Below, one piece after another: positions 1 to 8,961 of a stretch of 34,103 nucleotides of DNA. How positions within the stretch are numbered: position 1 is the first letter of the stretch; each line of letters starts with the position of its first letter. Made by a program: the position numbers and the translations under genes. The notes below the pieces were generated by a model, which worked only from the letters and a program-made list of their open reading frames with translations, was not told where the DNA came from and did no database searches. This stretch comes from a virus. The stretch lies in IMG/VR virus record IMGVR_UViG_3300047551_000990. One strand, 5' to 3'.

Positions 1-127
1 TCCAACAGGGTCAGCAGTAGCGCCATAGTGAATCATTACCGAACCAGAAATTGCAGGCAAGATATGCCCATAGACAGTGCCAAGGTATTTGAAATACATT
101 GAAGTTGTAGAACCATCTAAAGTTACG
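1..127. repeat. Left copy of an exact 127-bp terminal overlap, identical to 33977-34103. This is the signature of a circular or circularly permuted assembled genome.
   Basis: Compared base by base: tccaacagggtcagcagtag...gaaccatctaaagttacg is present at both window ends. Confidence 0.95.
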
Positions 128-972
128 GCGGTGGTGCCAGATGAAGTTTGAATCTTTCCACCTGTGATTGCGCCACTACCTACACCTGTCAATCCTGTTG
201 CACTGATGCTGAAGCCATTTGAAGCGCTGCCAAAATATCCAGCAGTAGCATTTATAGTGCCTGTGATAGTTGCATCAGTTGCTGTCATTACACCTGTTGT
301 GCCATTGACAATAAATTTTCCAGCGATATTCAATGCCGAACCAGTAATTGTTGCACCAGTAACATCACCAGAAAATACTGCTGCGCCAGTTGATGCAGTC
401 AATGAGAAAGTTGCAATGTTGCTTGAATTAAATGCTGCAAGACCAGCAGAGTTGAGAACAACACGCGCACCGCTAGTTGCTGATGCGCCTGAATAAACGG
501 TGATGCCATTACCATTGATTGCAGTTATTTGATTGCTTGCATTAACAATAGTGTTTGCGCTTGGCTGAAGCGATGCAATAGCAGCATTGTATGCAACCAG
601 TGCATCAGCCAAAGCCTCTGTTGCATCGGCTTGTGCGGTGGCAGCGGCAGCAGCGGCAGCATTAGCAGTTGATTGAGCAGTTCCAATTGCAGCATCTTGA
701 GCAGATACCCAAGCGCCTGATGTCCTTACATAAAGTTTGTTGCCATTAGCAATATCAATCCATAAGTCGCCGTCATTGATACCAGCACCAGTCGGCTCTG
801 TTGCAGAGCGATAAACCTTGGTCTTGCCATCTGCCAAGATTTCAATTGATTCAAAATTACTTGCCAAACCATCAGATGAATCAGCAATCAATGGCACAAC
901 AGAGGTCACAGTAAAATCAGCGGTCTGTGTCACCGTGATTGGCGTGTTAGTAATCTGTGGACATAATGGCAT
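1..972 (-). CDS. Tail fibre / receptor-binding protein, N-terminal part. The gene crosses the circular junction and continues at 33976->33164 (594 aa in total).
   Basis: The minus-strand frame ending at base 1 is open from the ATG at 972-970; I checked every plus-strand triplet and found no tta/cta/tca in frame. The start lies 9 nt after the stop of the upstream gene. The product contains GDLWIDIANGNKLYVRTSGAWV (a fibre-type motif), an Ala-rich coiled coil and G/T/S/A-rich beta repeats. The ORF track misses it because it runs off the window edge. Confidence 0.8.
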   Translation of the reverse strand, partial: MPLCPQITNTPITVTQTADFTVTSVVPLIADSSDGLASNFESIEILADGKTKVYRSATEPTGAGINDGDLWIDIANGNKLYVRTSGAWVSAQDAAIGTAQSTANAAAAAAATAQADATEALADALVAYNAAIASLQPSANTIVNASNQITAINGNGITVYSGASATSGARVVLNSAGLAAFNSSNIATFSLTASTGAAVFSGDVTGATITGSALNIAGKFIVNGTTGVMTATDATITGTINATAGYFGSASNGFSISATGLTGVGSGAITGGKIQTSSGTTAVTLDGSTTSMYFKYLGTVYGHILPAISGSVMIHYGATADPVG

Positions 973-981
973 TGCCTACCC

Positions 982-2097
982 CTAAATTGTTATTGAGTAA
1001 GGATTGATGGGCGAAGTGTGGAATGAAACCTTCCAATCATCATTGGTAATTTTGTGGTTCATTCCTTCAATCACAAGATTATATTGCAGGCTTCGTGAAT
1101 CAACAGTCAAACGCTTAACACTTACCTGGTCGCCAATTTCGCAGGCTAGAAAATCAGGATATAAGGTATTGAGATTCAAAGCACTGAAATCAACTTGCTT
1201 AGCAAAAGTAGTAGGCGTTGCTTGCTGGCGTGATTGATATAAAGCCAAATTAGTGCCACTAGTTTCGCTCAAGATAGGCGCATCAAATACTTTAGATGTT
1301 AAGCCATATGAATTTTTGCTTGGATTATAGGTTGATGTCACCTTTGCGCTGGCGCCACGGTCCACAATTGCTTGATTGACAACATAATAAGTGCCTGGGT
1401 CAACAACTAATCCTTGATAGAGAACCGAGTTGGCATCGCCTTGGTCTGAGAAAAGCAATTGAGTCGGACGTGAGAACTTGTCAGATAATGGCACCAGCGT
1501 GGCGACGCCGCTGCGAGAGATATAAAAACGACCCGCAATGGCATTCACAGCCTGGTTAATCATAGTCAGGCAAGATTTACCTTGGATTGTACTTTGCATC
1601 GTCACAGTGCCTGTTAGAGAGCGAGAAGCGCCACCTGGCCAACCAGCATAATCAAGCATTCGTCCTACGCGAGTTGCCGCTGTCTCTGAGTTTGCAAGTG
1701 CAGCCAAGACAGGGGCTTCGACTTCAGCAATGAAGGCAAGACCATCGTGGAAGGTCATCGTTACAGTTGGATAATGACCTTGGTTGACAATGCTTGATTC
1801 TAAATAGCCTTGATAGATTGTGTAAGCGGTAGATGCCCAAGTTGCCTGTATGCGCATCTGCAAGCCAGCCTTTAGATTTGGCGAGTAGGTGCCTGATGTA
1901 TTATCTGGGTCATAATTGCCTGAATAATTATTGAACACAATGCTGGCAATTCCTGATTGATTCAAAACATCATATTGTTTCAATCCACGGCGGATATTAG
2001 TTTCAAGAACATCTGTTGCAGTAACTGATGTCCAAGTAGAACTGATATAAAATTGAACTGCGATTGACGGCGCAGTTACCCCATCATAATTTGCCAC
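982..2097 (-). CDS. Minor tail protein, called distal tail protein (Dit)-like from position only.
   Basis: 371-aa ORF whose start overlaps the tape-measure stop by 1 nt (2097). It sits between the tape measure and the tail fibre. I recognised no specific motif. Confidence 0.45.
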   Translation of the reverse strand: MANYDGVTAPSIAVQFYISSTWTSVTATDVLETNIRRGLKQYDVLNQSGIASIVFNNYSGNYDPDNTSGTYSPNLKAGLQMRIQATWASTAYTIYQGYLESSIVNQGHYPTVTMTFHDGLAFIAEVEAPVLAALANSETAATRVGRMLDYAGWPGGASRSLTGTVTMQSTIQGKSCLTMINQAVNAIAGRFYISRSGVATLVPLSDKFSRPTQLLFSDQGDANSVLYQGLVVDPGTYYVVNQAIVDRGASAKVTSTYNPSKNSYGLTSKVFDAPILSETSGTNLALYQSRQQATPTTFAKQVDFSALNLNTLYPDFLACEIGDQVSVKRLTVDSRSLQYNLVIEGMNHKITNDDWKVSFHTSPINPYSITI

Positions 2098-3740
2098 TAT
2101 CTTGTCCTATGTAAAATGTTTAATGCGCCTGCGCGTTTAGCAAGTTGATTTTGTCTATTCGTAATGTCCACAACATAATCATCGGCAGTTCCGTGTGGCG
2201 TGGTTATGTTGACCGATACTTGTGGTGCATTTTTGTCAAACATTATATTGCCACCAGCAGAGCCATCGCCTTGGGCTGCAAGTGAGACGGTTGGTGATTT
2301 TGCAATTGTAGCCTGACGGTCAAGATTTGCTTTGATTGAAGCAGCAGTTGCCTTGGCTTCAATTTCGGAAGTCATCAAACCTAAATTATATTTTTTAAGC
2401 ATTGCATTGATAATTTTCTGCTCAATGCTAAGTTCTTTTTTCTTTGAACCATTGAGTTTATCTTGCGCATCTTTAAGTTTCTTTAAGATTGCTGCAAGAC
2501 CCCCATCGGCTGCTGCATCTTCGGGCGTTTTAAGAATGGTTCCCGTTGACATCTGAAAATTACCCAATGGCTTTTCAGCAGCCTTCATCAATTTATTTTT
2601 CTTGGCATTTTGAGCGCCTACGGTGCCTGCTGGATAACCACCTTCACCTGTGGCAGAACTGCCTGACAAACTTAGAACCGCCAAAACGCCGACGGCAAGT
2701 TTTGCAAATTTCAGCAAACCGCCTGCAACCTTATAGAAGCGAGCAGTTGCAGTGGCTGCGCCATTGGCTCCAATAGTGATTAGACCAAAGGCAACAGCAA
2801 CTCCTTGCAGTCCTATTATGAATGCTGCTATTTTAGAAGTTATGAACAAGGCAGCAATGGCAATTGCTAATACCTTAATTAGTCCAAGATTTTCACTTAT
2901 CCATTGAGAGAATGACAATAAGATGCCTATGAATTTGATTGCTATTTCAGCGGCTTTTTGTAAACCTTTGACGAGGCCTTCCTTGTTTTCTTTGATAAAT
3001 TTCTCAATTTGTGGCAATACTTTTTTCTGAATAGTATCTGCAAACTTTTCAATGACAGGCAAAAGGGCATAGCCCAAAGTCTCAAGGATTTCACCAAAGC
3101 GAATGCGCATTATTTGCAAACGATATTCTAATGTTCCAGCCCTAGAAGCAGCAGAACCTTGCGTTGCTTTTGCTACTTCAGCAAGGATTGCTCCAAAATC
3201 CTTAGATTTAATTGTTGCAGCATCAAGGCTTGGAACAAGTTTCTGCAAACTCTTAAAGTTGCCTTGCATTGCGCGAGTGATTGCATTTGTTGCAGTGCCT
3301 AAGTCAACGCCTGCAAACGCTGATACATCAAGGGCAGTTCCAAGTAATTCTTGAGCAGCACTGACTGAGCCAGTTACCGCCGCAAGTTTCGCCAAACTTG
3401 GCCTTAATTCATCATCGGCAACCCCAACTTGTAATTGTAGTTTTGAAATATAATCTTCAACAGTAGAAATTGCTGCATTAGTTGCGCCTGTAGTATTGCG
3501 AAGGCTATTAGCAAGAAGGACTTGGCTCTTTTGGTCTGCCATTGCAGCCTGCACTGCATCTTTACCAATTTTGATAGCAAAAGCAGCCGCAGCAGCGCCA
3601 GCAATGGCAAATGCTTTTCCAACCTTTTTAGCAAAGGCATCAAAGTTCTTGCCCATCTTGGCAATATCTTTTTGAGCGGCTTTAGAACCTTTGTCAGAAT
3701 ACTGCGTCAGGATTCGCGCTACTACTGCGCCAACTGCCAT
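2097..3740 (-). CDS. Tail tape measure protein.
   Basis: 547 aa. The N-terminal half is Ala/Lys-rich and helical. A central block of hydrophobic helices follows (LLSFSQWISENLGLIKVLAIAIAALFITSKIAAFIIGLQGVAVAFGLITIG). It lies downstream of the tail chaperone. Confidence 0.8.
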   Translation of the reverse strand: MAVGAVVARILTQYSDKGSKAAQKDIAKMGKNFDAFAKKVGKAFAIAGAAAAAFAIKIGKDAVQAAMADQKSQVLLANSLRNTTGATNAAISTVEDYISKLQLQVGVADDELRPSLAKLAAVTGSVSAAQELLGTALDVSAFAGVDLGTATNAITRAMQGNFKSLQKLVPSLDAATIKSKDFGAILAEVAKATQGSAASRAGTLEYRLQIMRIRFGEILETLGYALLPVIEKFADTIQKKVLPQIEKFIKENKEGLVKGLQKAAEIAIKFIGILLSFSQWISENLGLIKVLAIAIAALFITSKIAAFIIGLQGVAVAFGLITIGANGAATATARFYKVAGGLLKFAKLAVGVLAVLSLSGSSATGEGGYPAGTVGAQNAKKNKLMKAAEKPLGNFQMSTGTILKTPEDAAADGGLAAILKKLKDAQDKLNGSKKKELSIEQKIINAMLKKYNLGLMTSEIEAKATAASIKANLDRQATIAKSPTVSLAAQGDGSAGGNIMFDKNAPQVSVNITTPHGTADDYVVDITNRQNQLAKRAGALNILHRTR

Positions 3741-3741
3741 C

Positions 3742-4323
3742 TTATGCCTGCTCTCTGTTCAAATGTTTCTGTAATTCTGCTTTGGCTTCATCAAGAGCCT
3801 TTTTCACATTGGCTTCAATTTTAGCGCGGTCTTTATCAACAACACGCCATATCAAACGCGAAGCAGGTTTGAATCTGGCTGACAATGTGCGCATAAATTG
3901 TTCGCCTTGGCTGCGACCTGTTGCCTCTTTACCACTAAGCCGACCAGCAATTTCAAAGATAGCACCAGCGGCTGATTTATTTATCAAAGCACCAGCACTG
4001 GTTGTGTAATCGCGTCTGACTTTGCCTTGTGCCTTGGTTTTGCGAATGCCTGCAACAACTGTTCCAGTATTCCAGGCAGGCCAGCCAGCGCCACCACGCG
4101 AACTCCTTTGCGGGTTGGCGGCATCATACGTCCGCCAACCGCTCATTGGAGTATCTGTTTTGCCATTGCTAATGTTGCGCACAATGCCGTGAGCATCGCG
4201 TTCGGCGTTGGCAAGTTCGGTGTTAATTACTTTATTGAATCTACGAACAGCAGATTTATCAAATTCTTTTAAGGCATCAACAGTTTCTTTGATACCTGTT
4301 AGAACTATGACTTCATCCGCCAT
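3742..4323 (-). CDS. Virion-associated protein, possibly HK97 gp10-like neck/tail completion protein. It sits in an unusual position between the chaperone and the tape measure.
   Basis: 193-aa ORF. The N-terminus VIVLTGIKETVDALKEFDKSAVRRFNKVINTELANAERDA resembles the start of the gp10 family. The assignment is weak. Confidence 0.35.
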   Translation of the reverse strand: MADEVIVLTGIKETVDALKEFDKSAVRRFNKVINTELANAERDAHGIVRNISNGKTDTPMSGWRTYDAANPQRSSRGGAGWPAWNTGTVVAGIRKTKAQGKVRRDYTTSAGALINKSAAGAIFEIAGRLSGKEATGRSQGEQFMRTLSARFKPASRLIWRVVDKDRAKIEANVKKALDEAKAELQKHLNREQA

Positions 4324-4719
4324 TTTTCTTTGCCCGCTCTTTCAAATAGATTCCAATTGCTTCAATGATACCTTCAGGGGCATCAAGTAAATCAATCGGT
4401 GAAATGCCTGTCTCCACCGCAATTGCCGCAACTGTGTAAGTTAGGCTTTCGCGGTGGATTCGAAATTTGGGTCTGCATCCAATTCGGCGCTCAAAATTGT
4501 ATCCAGATATTCAGGACCAAAAGGTTTGACCACTACTCCATTAACCTGTTGCGCTTTCCAACATAACCAATAGATGTGTTCAATTCTTTGTTCCTCCCCT
4601 ATCAACTTAGGCAGTCCTTTGCCAAAGTTCTGTTCAAAAGCGACGATGATGCGTGGAGTCAGTTTATAGACCGACTCATTGCCATCAACGGTTTTTACTT
4701 TTATTGCTAATCCATCCAT
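4313..4719 (-). CDS. Candidate GT-like frameshift product of the tail assembly chaperone: 85 aa in frame 0 plus 50 aa in frame -1.
   Basis: The -1 frame is open from 4465 to the TGA at 4315-4313 (checked triplet by triplet). It ends just inside the next gene. Confidence 0.45.
4441..4719 (-). CDS. Tail assembly chaperone (G-like product).
   Basis: 92-aa ORF between the tail-tube genes and the tape measure. RBS AAGGGGGA precedes the ATG at 4719. A slippery heptamer lies near its 3' end. Confidence 0.6.
   Translation of the reverse strand: MDGLAIKVKTVDGNESVYKLTPRIIVAFEQNFGKGLPKLIGEEQRIEHIYWLCWKAQQVNGVVVKPFGPEYLDTILSAELDADPNFESTAKA
4465..4471 (-). promoter_or_regulatory. Candidate -1 programmed ribosomal frameshift site C_CCA_AAT (X_XXY_YYZ in the zero frame).
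   Basis: The minus strand reads GAC CCA AAT TTC in the chaperone frame. The site is 8 codons before the stop, the canonical place for G/GT slippage. Confidence 0.45.
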
Positions 4720-4739
4720 CTTAGTTCCCCCTTATATTA

Positions 4740-5162
4740 TTAGGATGTTGCTTTTGTAATTGCACCTGAGATTGGCCAGGATACCGAGACAGTGGCTAGT
4801 TCGCCAACGCTGCCTGATACTGATTGCCATTCTGTAATCAACGCGCTGAAACTGTATTTTGGATTTGTTGCGGACGCTGCTGCGCTGGTCGGACGAACCT
4901 CCATCGCAACTGCTGTACCAATTTTGGTAGTTGCATCGCTTGGATAAATCAAAGTCTCAAGAGCGCCAGAAGCAAAGTCCTGGTTGAATTCAAGAACCAC
5001 TTGATTATCACGGAGGCCAGCCACACGCGTTCTGCTGGTGCTGCCCATACTTGTGGTTTCCACCACATCTAGTGTTGAAGATAATGTCACTGACGTGACA
5101 TATTGTGAGATGTCGGTGCTTGCAAGCACGACATATGCATCAGTTAAAACAAGGCGGGCCAT
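4740..5162 (-). CDS. Major tail (tube) protein, paralogue 2.
   Basis: 140 aa beginning MARLVLTDAYVV... and ending VSWPISGAITKATS. It is clearly homologous along its whole length to the upstream 137-aa ORF. It lies immediately upstream of the chaperone and has a GGAG RBS. Confidence 0.6.
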   Translation of the reverse strand: MARLVLTDAYVVLASTDISQYVTSVTLSSTLDVVETTSMGSTSRTRVAGLRDNQVVLEFNQDFASGALETLIYPSDATTKIGTAVAMEVRPTSAAASATNPKYSFSALITEWQSVSGSVGELATVSVSWPISGAITKATS

Positions 5163-5165
5163 TAG

Positions 5166-5579
5166 TTATACTCCTTTTGTAATTGCGCCTGAAATTGGCC
5201 AGGTCACGGATGCCGTGGCTAATTCTCCCACACTGCCTGATAACTCTTGCCATTCTGAGACAAGCGCTGAAAAAGTCAGAGAGGGATTTGTTGCAGATAC
5301 TGCATCACTTGTTGGCTTCACAACCACTGTGGTTAGTGTGCCAAGTAGTGGGTAAATTGTTTGCTCAACCGAGGATGTTGCAAAGTCCTGGTGGAACTCT
5401 AGTGTCACCGAATTATCGGCAAGGCCCGCAACGCGGGTACGGCCAGCAGCAATTGTTGAACTAAATGCACTGGTGTCAATCACATCTTCAGACGTCGAAA
5501 TTGTGACGCTCGCAATATGGTCAGATAAATTTACTGAATTTATCACGACTGACACATCTGTTAAGACTATGCGTGCCAT
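5166..5579 (-). CDS. Major tail (tube) protein, paralogue 1.
   Basis: Preferred start is the ATG at 5579 (MARIVLTDVSVV...) with AAGGAGA 8 nt upstream. The 30-codon extension in the ORF track (to 5669) overlaps a tightly coupled small gene. Confidence 0.6.
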   Translation of the reverse strand: MARIVLTDVSVVINSVNLSDHIASVTISTSEDVIDTSAFSSTIAAGRTRVAGLADNSVTLEFHQDFATSSVEQTIYPLLGTLTTVVVKPTSDAVSATNPSLTFSALVSEWQELSGSVGELATASVTWPISGAITKGV

Positions 5580-5752
5580 TATTTGGTTTCTCCTTCTTGT
5601 GTCGGTACTGCTTTTGCGGTTTGTGCTGACACAAGATGACCACCTGCGACTAACGCCGCAACATTGCATCCTGCTTCAAGCAGTTCTTTTTCTGTCATTG
5701 CTTCGCCTTTTTTCTTCAAAGCAAAACTGTCAGAATTTACTATGTATCCCAT
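5579..5752 (-). CDS. Small hypothetical protein (57 aa), absent from the ORF track.
   Basis: MGYIVNSDSFALKKKGEAMTEKELLEAGCNVAALVAGGHLVSAQTAKAVPTQEGETK. The ATG directly abuts the upstream stop (5753-5755). Its TAA shares one base with the downstream ATG (TAATG). Confidence 0.5.
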   Translation of the reverse strand: MGYIVNSDSFALKKKGEAMTEKELLEAGCNVAALVAGGHLVSAQTAKAVPTQEGETK

Positions 5753-6160
5753 TTATTCTCCTTGGCCCCATACGGTGATTCGATAGCGATAAGATATGAA
5801 TTCCACATCTCCAGCCATAAATGTTCCAGATTCGGCTGAAGTAACACGCAAGGTGTTGCAGGCGCCACCAAGAGTCAAATCTGACTCAATGGCTGCCTTA
5901 ATGGAATAGTCTCCAGAGCCTTGCAGGTATTTATCTAGGTTATCCTGCGCCGAACGCTCTGAGTGGCGTTGAACAATGACATAAACATCAACATTGGCTT
6001 GGTCTAGCCCGCGTGAGTTGTTCAAGTCGAAGGTAAAATCTAATTGGCCAACAACTGCTGCTGGCGGTTGTGGCAGGTCTGGAATCAGGTCATAACAACG
6101 CAGACCTTTGATGGTTTGAAGATTCTTTTTAAGACCATCACGGACGGAACTGGGTTTCAT
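5753..6160 (-). CDS. Neck protein (tail terminator / head-tail joining type), called from position.
   Basis: 135 aa with an ATGA overlap to the upstream connector gene. It lies between the head-tail connector and the tail tube. Confidence 0.4.
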   Translation of the reverse strand: MKPSSVRDGLKKNLQTIKGLRCYDLIPDLPQPPAAVVGQLDFTFDLNNSRGLDQANVDVYVIVQRHSERSAQDNLDKYLQGSGDYSIKAAIESDLTLGGACNTLRVTSAESGTFMAGDVEFISYRYRITVWGQGE

Positions 6161-6765
6161 TTTGCCATCCAGGAAACTTTACGGAATGGACGAAGCAGAA
6201 CTTCAACATCTGGGTCTAGTCGAGAACCTAGACGAACAGTTCCAATCTCTGGACTGCCAGCAATACCAAAAGGTGATTGACGGCGCACAAAGAGTCTTGA
6301 TGCTTGAATCTTGGTTGCCATTTGAACTTCATTTGGAATTGCAGACCAACCCCAAACTGCTTTGACTCTTACTGATTGTGGCAAGTTGTAAGGAAAGATG
6401 TATGAGCCGATGGCAAGCAATCTAGTCCAAGGCCATCCACGGCGAGGGTTATTCACAGGCTCAACCATATAATCAGAAGTTGCCCACACGGTTGTGTATA
6501 ACTGGTCAAAGTTATCATCTGTGGCAATTTCACTGATGTAATAGGTGTCATCAATGTTAGTTGTCCACCAATCTTGGGCAGTGTAATAACGTGTTACTGG
6601 AGCAGCGGTAGTTCCGTCTTTGTAAAAGAATCTGCCTGTGTAGTCATCAACCATTCTGCTTGCAGCCATAATTGCTGCTTCCAGTGAAGTATCATCTTGG
6701 ATGTCATCAATCCCTAGAGATGTTTTCAGGTCTGACAATGTGCAGTAGGCGTTTGTTAGTGCCAC
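6157..6765 (-). CDS. Head-tail connector (gp6-like adaptor).
   Basis: YCTLSDLKTSLGIDDIQDDTSLEAAIMAASRMVDDYTGRFF matches the typical N-terminus of the gp6-like connector family. I prefer the GTG at 6765 with a GAGGA RBS. The ORF track extends to a TTG at 6795. Confidence 0.6.
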   Translation of the reverse strand: MALTNAYCTLSDLKTSLGIDDIQDDTSLEAAIMAASRMVDDYTGRFFYKDGTTAAPVTRYYTAQDWWTTNIDDTYYISEIATDDNFDQLYTTVWATSDYMVEPVNNPRRGWPWTRLLAIGSYIFPYNLPQSVRVKAVWGWSAIPNEVQMATKIQASRLFVRRQSPFGIAGSPEIGTVRLGSRLDPDVEVLLRPFRKVSWMAK

Positions 6766-6846
6766 GCTTTTTCCTCTTCTCTGCCTTTGGTGCAATTGCC
6801 CGTTCTAAATCGGGCGTTGCGGTTGCGGTTTCTTTCCGCCAAAACT

Positions 6847-7530
6847 TTATTCTTTCCACGATAAGTGGTGTCTTTCATCCAGCCAATACGATTTCTGATG
6901 TGGCAAAATGGCTCCTGTGTGAACGTGTATCGGGAAGCCTAATTGTCTTACACGGCGTGAAAACAGCAAATCTTCGCTAATCCAGTTACCATCAATCGGG
7001 CCATCCCAGAACCAACACCAATCTTTGCCTTGATTTGGGTCGGCTTCTTCACGCATCTTTTCAAGCACACTTCGGTGAATCAAGAGGCATCCAGTTCCGC
7101 AAGCATCAATTTGAAATACTGAATTGCGGTCATATTTGAACAAAGGCAAAAAGCCTTCTGGCACATCTTGAAAAATTGCTGGCACTGGCTTTGGGTATAA
7201 ATGTTTGTGTGCATCAAATGCTGCAAAGACTAGCGCCGAAACAACTGGTCGCTCTTTATCGTGAGCGGTTTGGATAAGTAAATCAAATACTTCTGTGGAA
7301 AGTTGTTCATCCACATCAATCATCAAAAGCCAATCAGAATCGGTATTCTCTAAGAATGCCTTCACTATGCGATTGCGCATTTTAGAAAGTAATCCAGAGC
7401 CTTTGATTCTGACAAATGGCCCTAATTTGTCACGGCGGTCTTGGCAGAGTTGAAACATTCTATATGCCCACGCCGCGTTGACAGTGCCTGGGTCACAGGC
7501 GCCAATTGAAACTTTGTGTCCTGTTTTCAT
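6847..7530 (-). CDS. GT-A fold glycosyltransferase (family 2-like).
   Basis: DxD motif in LLMIDVDEQ, then GTGCLLIHRSVL and SEDLLFSRRVRQLGFPIHV. Preferred start is the ATG at 7530 (MKTGHKV). The track start at 7599 would run into the post-capsid hairpin. Confidence 0.65.
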   Translation of the reverse strand: MKTGHKVSIGACDPGTVNAAWAYRMFQLCQDRRDKLGPFVRIKGSGLLSKMRNRIVKAFLENTDSDWLLMIDVDEQLSTEVFDLLIQTAHDKERPVVSALVFAAFDAHKHLYPKPVPAIFQDVPEGFLPLFKYDRNSVFQIDACGTGCLLIHRSVLEKMREEADPNQGKDWCWFWDGPIDGNWISEDLLFSRRVRQLGFPIHVHTGAILPHQKSYWLDERHHLSWKE

Positions 7531-7555
7531 TGATTCCCCCGAATCATTATGAAGC

Positions 7556-7595
7556 GTAGGAGCAGGCAAGTCGGGGGATTCCCACCTGCTCCTAC
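7556..7595 (-). other. Perfect 11-bp stem-loop directly downstream of the major capsid gene.
   Basis: gtaggagcagg (7556-7566) pairs with cctgctcctac (7585-7595) across an 18-nt loop. No clear U-tract follows on the minus strand. Confidence 0.4.
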
Positions 7596-7620
7596 ACAAC
7601 TATTTAGTTATTCCTTCAGA

Positions 7621-8961
7621 TTAGAAGGATGGTGCAACTAGACCAGTTCCTGAAATGATGGAAGCGGCTGCTGCATATCTCTGAGCAGTGAAGGCAGAGA
7701 AGCCATAAACAACAGTCTTGATGGTTAGGCTACCTGGGGTAGTTGCATCAAAACGTAGTGAGAATGGTGAACCTGGTTGCTCCCATAGGTGCATTTCGCG
7801 AGCATCAACAAGATAGATTTCATCTTGGTTGGTTGCTGCGCCGTAAGTTGTTCCTACGTTTGCATCTGTGATGATTGGCAAACCAAGTAGTTGATAACCT
7901 GAGTTTGCATACTGAGCAACGCCTGCGCCAGTTGATACTGCATTCTGTGGAACTCCAGCGGCTGGAACAACCAATGGACGACCAGCAGTATCAGTGGATG
8001 CTAGCAAAAATGCTAGGCGGCGTGGGTGCATAATCCAGTGAGTTGGTGTTGTGAACACATTGCTCTGAATTTTTTGCAGTGCATCTGCCAACTTTGGATA
8101 AAGTAACGCAGTCGTTGGAGCAGTTGAAGTGAAAGTAACTGAATTTCCACCAGCATTGCGAATACCTGTGAACTGACCATTGCTACCAGAGCCATTTAGG
8201 ACCTGATTATCAAGAGTTGTGTGCCAAGAACGGATAAGGTCAGCAACAACGAATGTGTCAATGCCTGTTCCGCGCTCAATTGCTTGGCGTGATAGGTCTT
8301 GCTGTCCAGCGATTGTGCGTACTGGAACTGAGAGCAGAGTGTCATCAGCATCAGTTTCGGAAACAGCAGTGTTCTGTGTCTCCTGAATTGCTGTTGATGT
8401 ACCTGTGGTCATACGGCTGATTTCTAGCGACATACCAGCGGCAGGAAGTGCCATCTTGTTTGTTGCGAAGTCAGCAGTTGGGCGACCTGCGCGAGCAAGA
8501 GGTGCTGCAAGGTCAACTAGATATTGTGGAACAACAAGTCCAGCGAAGTTTGATGTATCAACATCGCGACGCTCAACTGATTCTTCCTTCATATGACGTG
8601 CTAGGCGCTCTTGTGCGCTGTAATCGCCACGGACCTGTGCATTGAATGCATCACGGACGAATGAAGTTCCGTTGTCTGGGCGGTAGGTACGCTCTTCGCG
8701 TACGATTGAAGTTGTTGCCTTTGGTAGTGCTTCTGCAACAACAGAACGTGCCTCTGCTGCCTTTGCATCTGCAACTGCCTGAGCAGTTAACTTCTCAATT
8801 TTTGCATCGAGCGAGCGTGATTCTTCAACGAGGGCATCAACCTTTTCGGTTTCCTCTGCTGTGAGGTCGGTGCGGTTCTCGGCGGCTACTGCCTCAAGAA
8901 CTGCATCCATTTCAGCCTTCACTGCATCACGGCGCTCAATTACTTTGTCAACATATGACAT
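7621..8961 (-). CDS. Major capsid protein, HK97 fold, with an N-terminal delta (scaffolding) coiled coil.
   Basis: Starts MSYVDKVIERRDAVKAEMDAVLEAVAAENRTDLTAEETEKVDALVEESRSLDAKIEKLTAQ, followed by a body of about 330 aa. It follows the prohead protease. AAGGAGA lies 9 nt upstream of the ATG at 8961. Confidence 0.85.
   Translation of the reverse strand: MSYVDKVIERRDAVKAEMDAVLEAVAAENRTDLTAEETEKVDALVEESRSLDAKIEKLTAQAVADAKAAEARSVVAEALPKATTSIVREERTYRPDNGTSFVRDAFNAQVRGDYSAQERLARHMKEESVERRDVDTSNFAGLVVPQYLVDLAAPLARAGRPTADFATNKMALPAAGMSLEISRMTTGTSTAIQETQNTAVSETDADDTLLSVPVRTIAGQQDLSRQAIERGTGIDTFVVADLIRSWHTTLDNQVLNGSGSNGQFTGIRNAGGNSVTFTSTAPTTALLYPKLADALQKIQSNVFTTPTHWIMHPRRLAFLLASTDTAGRPLVVPAAGVPQNAVSTGAGVAQYANSGYQLLGLPIITDANVGTTYGAATNQDEIYLVDAREMHLWEQPGSPFSLRFDATTPGSLTIKTVVYGFSAFTAQRYAAAASIISGTGLVAPSF

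Noticed and set aside
164-496. 110-aa plus-strand ORF at the left end.
   Set aside because: It lies antisense to the continuous minus-strand tail-fibre frame (972->1) and has low-complexity Pro/Val/Ala composition typical of a mirror frame. It has no RBS and no operon context.
2332-4390. Multiple 60-100-aa ORFs on both strands nested in the tape-measure and neighbouring genes.
   Set aside because: All lie within longer, better-supported minus-strand genes, lack RBSs and have mirror-frame composition.
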